DNA of 49,008 nucleotides, counting the filler, from Trypethelium eluteriae (taxonomy: Eukaryota), in assembly GCA_051942245.1 (NCBI GenBank). It is 2 parts of 2 records of this genome, joined end to end, with 100 filler letters (N's around TTAATTAATTAA, not from the genome) between each part and the next. Parts side by side here need not be neighbours in the genome. Positions count along the whole stretch, not along the records: positions 1 to 24,469 come from JAVECL010000402.1; 1 more part is not named here. One strand, 5' to 3'. A program made the translations under genes and the position numbers. The notes under the pieces are model-generated. The model did no database searches. It had not been told where the DNA came from and saw only the letters and a list, made by a program, of their open reading frames with translations. This document shows, piece by piece, positions 1 through 12,955 of the stretch; the stretch's first letter is position 1; the number at the start of each line of letters is the position of its first letter.

Positions 1-3000
1 CCGTGATCTTCTCCTGCTGCTCCCGCTTCTCCCCCTCTGCCTTCATCTCCGCCGTCCCCGCCCCTGCCCCCGCCACAGCAGACGGACTCGGCTCGCCCGC
101 GCGCTGGAGCGACGTGTCAGGCTTCTCAGCAGCCATCGCGGCCGACGGCGCAGACGAAGAAGACGAGGAGGAGGGGCCCGCCGTGATCTTGACCGCCGAT
201 TCCGGCAGGGGTTTCCCGAGGCGCGACGCGAGGCTGCGGGAGTGGTTCCCCCACATGGTGCGGATGAAGCTGATGCGGGAGTAGTTCCAGCCGACGTCGA
301 CCTTGCCCTCGAAGGAGGAGCGGAAGGTGTAGTCGATGTGGTTGCTGTTGTCCGACGCCTGCCAGGTCGACATGGTGGCCACGACCTTGGGCACTTTGAG
401 GATGGTGCCGCCGCGGGAGCCCGTGGCGGCGCTGACGACCTCCTCGACAGTCACTTCGCCGAGCGGTTTCGGCATGGTGGAGGTGCGCACGGAGGATAGA
501 GCGACGCGCAGTTGGCCGAGCGTCATGCCGAGCGCGGAGTGGATCTTGCCGGCGCCGTCGTCTTCGAGGGTGACGGCGAAGCGGGCGGACGTGGCTTCGG
601 CTTCGAGCTTGAAGATTTGGTTGTCGAAGAAGGTGCTGGGGAAGGCGCCGACGTTGAGGGATCGTAGGGTGACCATCACGTCTGTGTGAAGACGGATTGG
701 GGCGTCGGTGGTGGGCTCGTTCTTTTTCCAGGGAATGCCGGTACTGGACTGGTGAACAGAGGATGGGCGGGAGGGACCTGCGACAGATTTGCGTTTTAAG
801 GATGTCTCGATCTCTTTGAGAGATTGCGTGAAAGCGGCTTGCTTTTCCTGGATAAGACGATCAAAGGCTTGGACCAAGGCGAGAGCTTGAGCTGCACTGG
901 TTGCCGTGCAGAAGACTTGAACTTTGTCGCCATCAAGCATGGCGACCAGTCGGTCACCCGCTGACTTCCCTTGCTCGCGAACATTATACATTAGAAAGTC
1001 AAAGTTAGTGATATCTGCAATGGCAAAAGCTTGGTAATCAAAAGCAGCCTTGACTCGTAGATGCTCAAATCCGAGAGATGCTTGAATGAGAGGCGTCTGC
1101 TGGAAGTCGCGGTCGTGCAATGGCCAGGCGATGGATGTTCGAAGTCGGAAACCTTGGAGGTCAACGTATCCACTCATTCTTCCAGTGCTGTCAACGCCCA
1201 TGTTTCCAATGCCAGCACAGAGATTCTGTTCCCAATTCGAATCTTTTTTGGAATGAACCCACAGTTTGCTGATGGTGAAAGCCGACTTGCCAATCGATTG
1301 ACCCAGATCAATCTCCAGTGCGAGCTGTGCAATTGCAATACTGGCGTTCCAGGGGAAAGCAGCAACAGAAGTAACTTGATGGTATTTTTGTACTAGATAT
1401 TCCTGCGCCTGAAGGGCAGGTTCTGGCGAGGCCGGCGTAGCAGTAGCCTGGCTGCGGATCTCCGGTGGGATCCAGATCTCACGGAAAAGCAGAAAGTCTT
1501 GCAGTTGTTTGACGTTCAGTATTGTCTTCGCAGGCGCCATCTTCAGGATGGCAGAAACGCCGCTTTTGCCGCTGAAATGCTTACTGTTCATCAGAGAAAG
1601 AACTATTGACTCGACATCTACGCGGAAGGTATCATCCCGGGAGTAGACATGTCGGACTTTAGCCTCAAGTTTAGTGAAAGCTGCGGATATAGCGAAGAAA
1701 TTGCCCTGCTCAGCAGATTGAATAGTGTTCACAGTAAGGTATATATCCTCAAACTTGGCACTCGCTGCCACTCGTGCGTAAGGATGGCATGTGAGACTAA
1801 ATTCTTGTTTGCAAACGCGCACGCCCAAATTGAGCCTTGTCTTGCCTAATAGTGTGCTGGGATCCGTGCCGATGAGTTCCTCGTCAATAAGTTTTTGTGG
1901 AGCTTTCGACACCGCATTCGATGTGTCTTCATCGTTCTCACGAACGACCTCTTTAATGCCCTTGGATATTTCCATGACAAAGGGAACAAACGTCGGATAA
2001 AGGATATTTGTTGAAGCATCGACCAAGATTTCTGCCTTGAGTGAGGGCTCAATTCCATGCCGGTCTTGATATTCCAATTTCAGCGCAATCCCAGGAGTAT
2101 GCAACTCCGTGATCGAGTCGTTTCGATTCTCCGCGAATTGTCCGAACTTTCCTTGCTGGGGAATACGATCCGAGTAGAGAGGGCTGTAAGACGTGTCTGA
2201 TTTGCTACTATCACTACTCCGCTCTAGGTGAACTATAGCCCCTACAAAATCCGCATCAATGATGAGTGAGTTGATATGTGTGGAACCGAATATGTCTTTT
2301 CTCTGAGTACCACTGGTGGTCGGCGTCATCTCCCACGTTGCAGTCGCCTTTCGGCATTTTGCAATGGACGAAGATATTGAGCGCTGCAGGACGATTGCGG
2401 GCAAAACAAAATATGATTGAAGGCGGAATTCAATGCGTTTGCCAGCAGCGTGGAATGCTAGGCTACGATCCATATTTGAGGATTCGTACGCAACATTGAA
2501 CACCAACTCAGGGAACAGGGCTGAATTTAGTGAGCGCTGCCGTTTGTTCCGCGAGCGTGGAACCATCTGCAGTTGCATACTTTCAATGAGCAATCGAGCT
2601 TCATCCGTTTTCTGTGTCGATAGATCGATCCTCTTGAATGATAGGACGAGGTCTTCCGCATCCTGGCCTTCATAAAGCTCCACAGAGGCATCGACTACCC
2701 AGCTGATCTGAATATCGCGAAGCTCCAAAGAGTAAGAAGACGCCAAAAGTGCTGCAGCGGTGTCGGTGAGGCCGCCATCAGTGCCATCTTGCCCAATCTG
2801 TGTGCTAAGAGACCGCTTCCGAGCATGTCGAATTTTGCGGATGTAGGTAGCCTCTTTGGAGAGATCTAGGTCCTTGATCTTGTCTTGCATGTGGTTAATG
2901 CAATCAACCACCACCGAAGCAGTCTCAGCGTACACGTTGACCTCGATACCAGAGCTCCTCGCAATGAATCGCTGTTCTTGCTCGCCATCTTCACCTTTCT

Positions 3001-6000
3001 GTGATGTGCAGTGTATTAGCAGGCCTAGAGAGACGTCGCCACATGGCGTCATTGTACCATTCGAGAACGTTTGGAGAGCGACTTTTATTTGGCCGAGCCG
3101 GGCTCGCACTTCTGGGAACCTGAGGATTGCCGAATCTGTCTCAAGTCGGTTCGTAGCTGTGACTTGAGTGCCCTCCAATGACATAGTAATACTTGCTGTA
3201 GATTTCGTATCTGATGTTGCCGGAGCTTTTGCTTCAATACTGAACCCCACTAACGTGACACGGATGTCATACACGAAAACCTCTTGATTTTTGGCACCTC
3301 GGCTTTGCGGCTTTGCATCTTCGAATTTTCCTACAATATTTTCGGTGCGGTCTTTCAAAGCCAAGCCATCATGCTTTATTGCTTTGAAGCAGTTGATCAC
3401 TTCGGGCCGGCTTAGAGCAATGGCCAATGCATTTATGTCAGCTGCTTGGAGGTCAATTCGTTCAATGGTTGTTTGTACAGTGAGTACATCCTCTTTGCCT
3501 TGCCGAGAGTACTTGACTCGACCGTTGATCGGAGGAAACTCCAAGCCTGATATCACATGTGACTGATTAGGCGTAATATTGACTATCTCATGGATCTGTG
3601 CGCTAAGGTCATAGTCGAAATCAAGAGCGTATTGTTTCGATTCGTCGGGAGTAATAGCGAGACTGCTCAATCCTCCAGATAGTGAGTAGTTCAATGATCG
3701 TAAAAGTGCCGCACCTATTTTGTATGTTCCCATGAAAAGGGCTACCTGAATACGTGGTGGCTTCCGTTGGGCCTCAGGAGCTTCAGGTGTGGTCGCTTGT
3801 ATATCGCCTCTGTGCTTTACGACTTGCTTATGAATGTAAGCAACCTCATCCCCAATGACCGAATCCACGACTTCCATCAAGCCGAGGATCTCTTCTTTAA
3901 TGTCAATTACTAGCTGCTCCGTGGCCCCTGCAATCTTGAGATCGTCTGGCTGACCACTGTTTCGACCGGGTCTATTGTGGGCGACGGAGATGGTAGGGGC
4001 GTCTATTCTCGTGCGCCACAAAAGTCGTTCATGCCCAAATATTTCTGAGGCTGCAGCCTCAGCATGCGCTAGCGCACTGAATGATTGCGCTTCGTCTCCA
4101 TCTCCTGGCATTTGCCCGGCGACTGAGATTTTCATGGCTTTACTTTTTGCGGTATGCCTGATATTGATAGTGTCTAAGGTGACACTTGCATGATCGGTGG
4201 CGAACACTACATGGATTTTCTGATCAGGATTTTCTGTGGATGATCTTGATGAAACTCCCACTGCTTGACGAAGTTTCTCTTCGTTGGATTTCTGGATTAA
4301 CGGTTCCTTGAAAAGATCGAAAAGAGCCTCGACAAGCTCCAGAATTTCCCAGCTGATTTTAATGTCAGTCTTGAACGTATTTACCTGCACTGTTGTCGAT
4401 ACTGTAGGTGTTTCACTATCCACGAGCATGAGACCAGACGGCTGCTGGGGAGGGGAGACGGAGAGGCCGAGGGCTAAAGTGTCAAACGCAAGTTCATTCT
4501 GTCTCGGCCCTGGATCCACCAGAAGTCTAAGTGCTCCTGATCGTACTGCAACGCTCACAGGTATTGGATCGCGTTTGTGTAGCTCCGGAATATCCTCAAT
4601 CGCACCATAGAGAAAGCGCATTGCAACACTGTCCTTAATATGGGCGAGATCCCAGCTGCGCCAACCTTCCCAACTCTTAATAACGCTCGCTTCGGCGCCA
4701 AGGGGACAGACGACATTTTGATTGCGACAATGCATGGCGATTTCTCTCTTGCGAGCTGCAGGTAAATAGGAGTAGATGTATCGGAAGCGAGATAGAATCT
4801 TCCAAGAATCGTTGATTCGCACGTGATCATCTGCTGCTCGCAGCGCATATGTTGCCCTTGTCAAGAACGGTGGATCTGGAATATCTCCGCCAGAGGTGGT
4901 GAGCTCGTAGGTTAGATAGCGGAGGCGATCCTGATGATCGGATATCAATCTCTTGAACTTGCTTTCATATCTTTCCGCCATCATTGCATCTCGGTGAACT
5001 AGAGAGGCGAGATAATCGACCTTTTTGCTGACAAGTGCAGCTGCGCAATCCTTGAATGACACGTCGATGGACAGACGATTTTTGGAGACAACCCATAGAA
5101 GCAATTCGTGGAGATCCAATCGCAGAGCTACCTCGCTACTAACCTTCTCAGGAAGTACCTCCGTTGCAGACACTGTGAGAGAGCTTACTGTGGCGTGCAC
5201 CGAAGTTGAGTCCTTTTCATTCGCCGGCGCAGAAGGCTCTTTGGTTCTTGCTGAGACTGCGACTCTATCAAGGACGATGTCATATTGGTCACGAAAATTA
5301 CCGTCGACGCCATTAGCTGCATTCGAAAAGGTTGCGAGAAAGCGCAAATGCACGAAAGGAACCTGAATGGAAAAGTCCAGACTCTTGCCATTGCCTCTCT
5401 TTCGGGTCTTGATACTTAGAATCTCCGTGATGACACCAAACTGGAAATCGTCCAATAAGTCTTCTGGCGTTTTTGACAGGACGGTGTCAATGATATTCGC
5501 TACACACTCGATCGCCTGGGGTTTGCAGAGAATGCTCACTCCTGGTTCTACCTTGACAATAAAGCTCACGTGTGTCATGCTCTCGTCTATTCCACTGGCA
5601 GTTGCATCTGCAAAAATCGCGTCGCTGCTGCCATTTTGATTGTCCTCTGCCGATATGGGAGGAAGGGTGGGCATGTCCTTGGTCTCGGGTTGACAAGCAT
5701 CGAGTGGGAAATACGGACACGCAAATGGACTCGAAAACGCAACAGTGGAGGGTGCTAAACCCCTTTGCTTCCTCTCCTCTTCAGTCGGTAAGCGATAAAA
5801 CGAAGAGTACGGATGAGATGGTGAAGATCTACGCTCTTTGGGCTCATTTGTGGGAGTCAAGGGGGACTGCGAACGAGACCAATTCAAAGTTGTGGTCGAT
5901 CTCCGGCCGCCTTCCGCATCAGATTCACCCTTTTCGTCATCCTCATTGTTTAGCTTCATTTGAAGGGAAGATGCGAAAGAGCGCATTGACCGCACTGAAT

Positions 6001-9000
6001 TCGTAATAGAGGAATTATCTGAGATGACCGAGTTTCCATTTCGATTGGCTTGTCGTGCAAGTGGGCCCGGAACTGGCGGAAAAGCCATTGCTGGTGGATC
6101 GATGCCAAGTCCCATAGGCATGATAGTACCATCACCGTGCCGCCGTCCTGCCTCAAGCAAGAAATTGGCCCGCTGCGTTTTTTGGTCATGCAAGCTCAAG
6201 TGAATCTGCTGCTTCTCTCGCTCTTCGTTGAAATGAGCGCTCTGGCCCATCATATGTAGTTGAAGGTTCGTTTGGATTAGAGCATAGGTCTCAACTGTCA
6301 TCCTCTCGCCTTGCCTTGTGCGATGCCTTAATGCGGATCGGGCGTCGAGGCAAGCAATAGACACGTCAGGAACAAGGACACCAAGGCGTTGAGAAAACAG
6401 CGGTCCAGCCCAATCGTTGAAATCCACATTGATAGCACCCGTGCTTACAAGGAGTGCGTCCTGATCAATGTGTAACCAAAGACGAAGCAGTTTCGTGCGG
6501 ACCTTCAAGAAAGTCACGTCGTGGATGACAGTAGGGTGTGATATGGGCATGGCGTTTTCGACATCGGGAAGGGTGAAGGCGATAGCCCGTCCTGCTTTGA
6601 CAAAAGTACTGAGGAAGCTGCTGGTACATTCCCCAGTTATTGCACCTACATCGAGATTCCAGTCACCCATGTAGGCTGGCTCGGCCGGAGGAAGGCCAAA
6701 TAATCGATGTCCGTACATGTTTACACCATCGAGGAAGATCTGTGTGCCAGAGCTAGCATCATCGGGTGTTCCCGCTTCTCTCTCAGTGGTACCAAGAGCA
6801 ATACCAAGCGGACTAGTGTTCAGCATCATGTCCATGTAATAGTTAGTGAATCGCAGATCAAGAGATGCTGTTGCTAGTTCGAGGCGAATGCTGTCCTTCT
6901 TATCGTACAGATTCGCCGGTAGCTGGATGTTGGTATCCTCGGCAGAGATACAGAGAACAACGTCCAACGCATTGCTCTTTTCAGTATGCCCTGGATGCGT
7001 AATTGTGGATGCCTGACTTGATTTTCTCGCAGGCATGCCCTGGAATTCCTCCAGTGTCTTGAAATGTAGATCCTCGCCAAAGTAGTTCTCCTTAAAATTG
7101 ACGAATTGTCTCAGTAAGAAGCCGTACGCATCCAAAGAGAAATGGCCTCCGTGAATATTCATGATCAGTCGGTCAGTGAGGCCGGGGTCTGTGTCAGAAA
7201 AGAAGTTATGGGAACCATCCGCCTTGAGATCACTTAAACGAGCAACAATCTTGTCCGGCATGAAAGTATCAATCGTATTTCTTGATGGAGAACACATTTC
7301 CAGACCAAAGTCACGACCAATGGCATCGAATAGAACGGAATTTTGTACAGGTCTGAAGCGGTCCAGAGGAATTGTGACTTTGCCACTGAGTAATCTGCCG
7401 AATAGTATAATAAAGTTATTATCGTCCAGATCAGAAGGGTTATTGATTATGTTCGAATCATTAGTGTTGATATACAACTTGAAGTTATGAAAGTCGACAT
7501 TAAGTAAATAGCGCATAGAAAGAAAAGTATAAAAGTCAGCTTGCGGGCCTGAGCCCCAGTCAGTGATGAGGTCGAGAAGCAAAACCAAGTGATCGGTTAA
7601 GAGGAAAATCTCCGTATCGTGGCTACCAATACTGAATGTCCACTCTCGCAGTCGGTTCCATTGTAGAGGGTTCGAAAGGTCGCATGTAACTAATTGTCGT
7701 CCAGACCGCCACAAAACATTGTGGTTCACACTAGTTGTTATCTCTAATTTGGTAACGTCCACATCCACGGCGTTTGCATAGCCGTTCAGACCTGCGACCA
7801 TGTCCATAGTGTAGTTGACGGTAGTATCGGTAGCAATCTTGACGTCAAACCAGCCAAATGGTCGTACGTTACTCGCAGGAAGACCTCGATCTTGCTTCTT
7901 CCCTCTTCTCTTTCCCTGCCCGCGACCTTTTTGCTTGTCAGGTCCTTGTCTGTTTTGATCTTGGTAAGCTTCGGCATGACCCTTCCATTTCCAATCTTTC
8001 GATGATTCTCGGACGGGAAGTCGAAGGACGATATCTTCTTCAACGCTGACAAATATTTTGAAGACTGTACTGTACCGATCCTGGCCTGGTCTGATTCGCT
8101 CGGCTGGAATTGCGTCGGTGTAAATTGGCGGGAAGAAAACCGATTGGATATTGATGCGCTCTCTATCGGTCCACGGTCCATAATTGACGACGCCACCAAA
8201 GACAGCGATATCAAGTCCATATTCAGGGGGGTTGGAGCCATTGATGTCAGTAGTGTCAGTCATGTAGGAGCTGTCTTGGATGTCATGAAGTCCTGGCACA
8301 GGGCCAGGAATATCCCAGTAGAATGCGACCTTGACCTTTGACAAGTCTGCTAATGTTGGTAATCTTGCATATTCAACAGGATCCCATTCATCGTGTTCGT
8401 TATGCTGGTCCTCTTCCAGATACCTTGTCAACCCTTGCCAGCGAGCCTGTCCTGGGACCTCCATCACATGCTCTGTGGCAACAGACTTCCTGTTTGGCAA
8501 CCCTGTAGCTGTCGCGACGGAATCGATGGATCTGCGAAAGAGCGGTGCCAAACGACTGAGCATGTGACCGGGCCGATTTCCTCTAGGAAGCCAAGTTCTA
8601 CGACTCGTTCCCTCTTCTTCCTCCTCTCCGCCGATACCGCTCTCGTGTTTCTTGCGCACTGCTGACGCCAATTGGGTTCCTTTAAAATCGTGATTGGGAT
8701 GCAGTTGCACTACTGGGTGCTCGACTTCAAAATTCACAAGAAGTTTGAAAATGTCCAGTGGCCCTGAACGTCCAGCATCGAGCTCTCCTGTTGCATTCTC
8801 GAACTTTGCGGTGGTGACACATCTTGTATTCTCATTTCCCAAGACGATAGCTCCCTTCTTGCAGCGGACTCGAATTGGAAGTAGGCGTAAAAAAGCTGGG
8901 GGTTCACGGGATGAAGCATCCTTGGCTGGAGTCTGAGGTATCCAATGGCTGCTTTGCGTTGTAGGTGCTCTTTCTAGCTTTTCATTTGCATGGTCTTTTA

Positions 9001-9820
9001 ATGGAATTCCTATGTTGCCTTGATTCAGACCGGGCAAAGCTGACTCGCCGGCCGTACCATTGGGCTTCTCGTCAAGCGAACTGCTCGATGACGTATCTTT
9101 CTCTGCAGATGCATAAAAACTTCCATTTTGCTGTTGTTCCTTTTTGGCAATGCTATCAACAATCAGGTCGTATGCAGGACTTCTATTGTAAAGAAAAGCC
9201 TCCACCCCCGAGACTTTGATGTCAATCCTGCATGGTAACTGTCTTTCGGGTCTCTTGCCACCCTTTTCCTCCCTGCCAATGCTTCGATTGCGGGTACGGC
9301 TTTGGCTCTGTGATTTGGGACTACCGGAAGAGGAGCCTTTTTCTGAGTCCTTCCCCTTCTCGGGCGGCTCTTCATCAAAGATTTGCGCATCCTTGACCTT
9401 ACGGAGCCAATACTGCCAAGTGATGTAACCTCCATTGACCAAGATTGTCTCGTTATGTGCGTGATATCGTAGTCCCTTGAAAAAGATACGGCCTCCGAGG
9501 AGCGAGATTTGAAGGGCTTGTATATCGATGTAGGCGTGGAAAGCATGCCACGAATATGCGCGGATACCGTAGGATATCAAAGTCGCAAAGAGGCGATTGA
9601 AGTAAAACAAGAAGAAGATCGCACTATCAGCGTTAGAAAAACGTCTGTTGAGCAATAACTCAATCTAAGTGCGCTTACAGCGTTCCGCAGACCAGCAGCG
9701 TTACCAGGAATAGCCTGAAAGATCATTAGATTTGCACTTCACAACAAGATATTTACTCTCTCACCAATTGAAGCTTCGAGAAGGCTGCAAAGCCTCGGCT
9801 ATGAGGTCTTCGGTCGCCAT
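1..9820 (-). CDS. CSF1: Csf1 / BLTP1 (Tweek, KIAA1109) bridge-like lipid transfer protein, 3' partial (>3200 aa)
   Basis: Exons read by hand: 9820-9765, 9714-9679, 9623-<1. The N-terminus MATEDLIAEALQPSRSFNWLFLVTLLVCGTLAIFFLFYFNRLFATLISYGIRAYSWH...GRIFFKGLRYH is a TM anchor typical of Csf1. The C-terminal region reads FEGKVDVGWNYSRISFIRTMWGNHSRSLASRLGKP...EQQEKIT. The frame at 9622 equals the frame at position 1. The ORF track lists no stop-terminated ORF in this frame among those checked, consistent with one 9.6-kb open exon leaving the window. Confidence 0.93.
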
Positions 9821-9909
9821 TGCGACAAATTACACGGGAGTTCAACGGGGATCATCTTGAGGTCATGGGGAAAGCAGTGGCTCTCCAGGTTGAGGCGGGC
9901 TCCCGATTG

Positions 9910-9986
9910 CTCGAAGAGGAGCCACTCGAGGAAGAGCTTCTCGAAGAAGAGCGGCTCGCAGACTAAAAAGCTCTCGAAAGAGCTGG
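9910..9986. repeat. 15-bp imperfect tandem repeat (CTCGARGARGAGC core) in the CSF1/HFL1 divergent intergenic region
   Basis: ctcgaagaggagcca / ctcgaggaagagctt / ctcgaagaagagcgg at 9910-9954, plus degenerate copies at 9955 and 9973. Confidence 0.6.
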
Positions 9987-10294
9987 CAGGTCTTGTTGCC
10001 CAATGCGGCGAGTTTTCCAGTCGAGTTGGAGGTTTACCTTCTCCCGGTTCGGGGTTAGCTAGCGACGGGTGCGCCTAATTAATTAGTTGCGCATGACAGC
10101 ATCCCGTCTTTGAACGCGACACCTTGAGCACGCCTCCACGTCTCCCCGCCAAGCCCCTCCTCTCATCTGATCTCCAGTCCGTTTTGCTCACGATCTCGAA
10201 CTCCTCACAGGGCCATGCGATCACTCGCGAATACATCCTCTTTCTCGCCCTGAGCAGCCCGTCCAACTTTACTTCCTACTTGTCGTCGCCGAAC

Positions 10295-12598
10295 ATGCCC
10301 AAGGACAATAATCCGACAAGCGGAACAGGCACCAGGCTTGGAGATATCGTGGTCATTCTCGCTGGTGTTGCTGCTATATTCGCTACGTTGTTGACTATTG
10401 TGTAAGACTGCACCTACAGTTCTCCATGTCGAAAGCTAACAGCCGCCAGATCAGTATGGCTCCAAACGTAAGTTCCAGCACCCCACGACATTCCTTCGAA
10501 ACACGTCCTGAGAAGACACAGAAAAAATTACCGGAAGCCACTGTTACAAAGATATGTTGTTCGGATACTTCTTATGTACGTTCAGTCTATGATCAACGAG
10601 AAAAAAAATACTTATGCGACCAGGGTCCCAATTTTTTCAGCGGCATCATGGGCGAGCCTAGAGTCCTTGAAAGTAGCATTCTGGGTCGACCCTTTCAGAG
10701 ACATTTATGAGGTTTGCCTCTGTCATATGGTGTTTATCGGCTCTGAATTACTCACATGACTTCTCGATAGGCATTCACTTTATATACCTTCACCCAACTT
10801 CTTATCAACTTCCTTGGTGGCGAGAGGTCTCTTATTCTCATGACCCATGGTCGGCCACCAGTTTCTCATGCCTGGCCTCTGAATCACTGCCTTCCGAAAA
10901 TCGACATCTCCGATCCTCATACCTTCCTTGCGATCAAACGTGGCATCCTCCAATATACCTGGGTTAAGCCGATCCTCGCAGTAGCCACGATTATTATGAA
11001 AGCAACCTCAACCTATCAAGAAGGCTATATAGCTCTGGACTCGGGGTACTTTTGGAGTGGCCTGATATACAACGTCAGTATCTCTTGGAGTCTATACTCC
11101 TTGGCTATATTCTGGGTATGCATGTCGGACGATCTCAAGCCTTTTCGCCCCATGCCAAAGTTTCTCTGCATCAAGGGCATTATCTTTGCGTCATGGTGGC
11201 AGGGCTTTTTCCTCTCGATTCTGGTCTGGCTCAGTGCAATACCAGATGACGTGCCTGGCTACAGCCCGGATAATTTAGCTACTGCCATACAAGACGCACT
11301 CATTTGCTTCGAAATGCCATTATTCGCGTTGGCACATTGGTACGCATTTTCATGGCACGATTATGCTGATTCGACAATTTCAGCTGCGAGGATGCCCATC
11401 AGATTTGCGTTACGTGATGCCTTTGGACCTCGCGACCTCATTGAAGATACTAAAGACACCTTGGCTGGTAAGAATTACGACTATCGCTATTTCGATGCTC
11501 ATGATAATGTCATTGCGCATGAGGAGTCTCGCTCTCGCTTGGCAAGGATGAGAGAAGGCATGCGGTACGAAAGAGATGGAAAAGGCAAATACTGGATCCC
11601 TTCGCCCGGTCAGCTCGACCACAGAACACCACTCCTAGACAAAGTCACCACAACAAGCCGTGCACGCACGATGAGTCCGGGGAAGCACTTGAGCCAAAGT
11701 AACGGTGCCGCCTATGGAACGGCGCCTGCTGAAATTGATGACGATGTACCGATGGACCCTGAAGATGAGCATCTCTATGCCAACGCTCGTGCCTTGGAAT
11801 TCGGTGACTGGAACTATCCAGTGATTACCGCCCACGAAGCGAACCGAGAACACTATCTCTATCAAAGCCCAGAAATACTGACCCAATCCACCAATCGCAA
11901 TATTCTTCAGCCGACGCTCGACAACAAACGGAGACGCAAATCACAGATCGAGAATCTACAGCATTCACCCGATAAAGGTAAACATCGAAGCGGCGACGAA
12001 CCTAGCAGCCGGGCAAAATCCTCGATACTTGCGCAAGTACCCGTGGTTGGACCTGCGCTCCAGCGTGCCGAGTCGAGCAGCTCAGGCAAAACACGAAAGA
12101 GCCAGCTTGTCGATCTTGTCGTTGAAGACCACGATGCGGAAGAAGTCGAAAGAGTTAGGGCAAGGAAAGAAGGCGGGCCGGCATGGAATGAAGTCGAGCA
12201 GAAGCATTTTGTGTAAGGCCCTGACTCTTATGTCTCTTATCTCCTGCTTTCCCATACACTGGTATTAACAGCAAGAAATTAGGCACGCATATCCTGATGA
12301 CGACCAAGTTGAAGAAGTCCGTGAAGGCTTCGAGCCCGATGTCCCTCGTCCACAAAATCCTGAGAAAATCCACACGCCCGGGACTGCATTTGCGATCGCT
12401 GATGACGATGATGACGATGAAGACGAAGGAGGAGCAGAGAGTGCACTGCTTGTTGCAGATGAACGGACGCATTGGCAGCGGAGGGACGCGAATGATGAAC
12501 AAGGAGAAGGCTCCAGTGGCAAAGGCAAGGGTAAAGGGAGAAGCCCAGACTATAGCTTGAATGAGGAACGGAATCCTTGGCAGCGCGAAGAACACTAA
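10295..12598 (+). CDS. HFL1: TMEM184/OSTalpha-family vacuolar membrane protein (Hfl1-like)
   Basis: Spliced N-terminus: exon 1 10295-10401, exon 2 10450-10467, exon 3 from 10522, giving SVWLQTKNYRKPLLQRYVVRILLMVPIF...DPFRDIYEAFTLYTF. It continues into ORF 10840-12216 (KRGILQYTWVKP, KFLCIKGIIFASWWQ, ICFEMPLFALAHWYAFSW). There is a last intron near 12213-12271 and the stop is TAA at 12596-12598. Confidence 0.9.
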
Positions 12599-12955
12599 GT
12601 GGAGTTTGGGGAAATCCAGTGGTTTTGAGAACGCTTTGACTCAGGACGATTATGTTCTCTCACCGCGCACTTTGATGCAACAAAAATGGGAGATACCACT
12701 GTACAATTCAGATGCAAGGCGGCGAAGGGATGTACGCATAGCGAAGGCGCCAAGGACTGACTCTTCCATAATCTTATTCAGCGATATACAGCTTTGACCT
12801 CTCCTCGTGTCTGATAAGAGATCGCCGAAATGATGAGTGCTGCGAGTGCTATAAAGCTATCATAGTCGTCTGAAGCTACCTATCCCTCCAATAATGCTTC
12901 GTCGTATCACCAGTCCCCATGCCATTAGGTCTTGACCCTTCCCATATTTCTTGCT

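Noticed and set aside
3..9546. About 40 short ORFs on both strands
   Set aside because: They are antisense or off-frame shadows of the single CSF1 reading frame.
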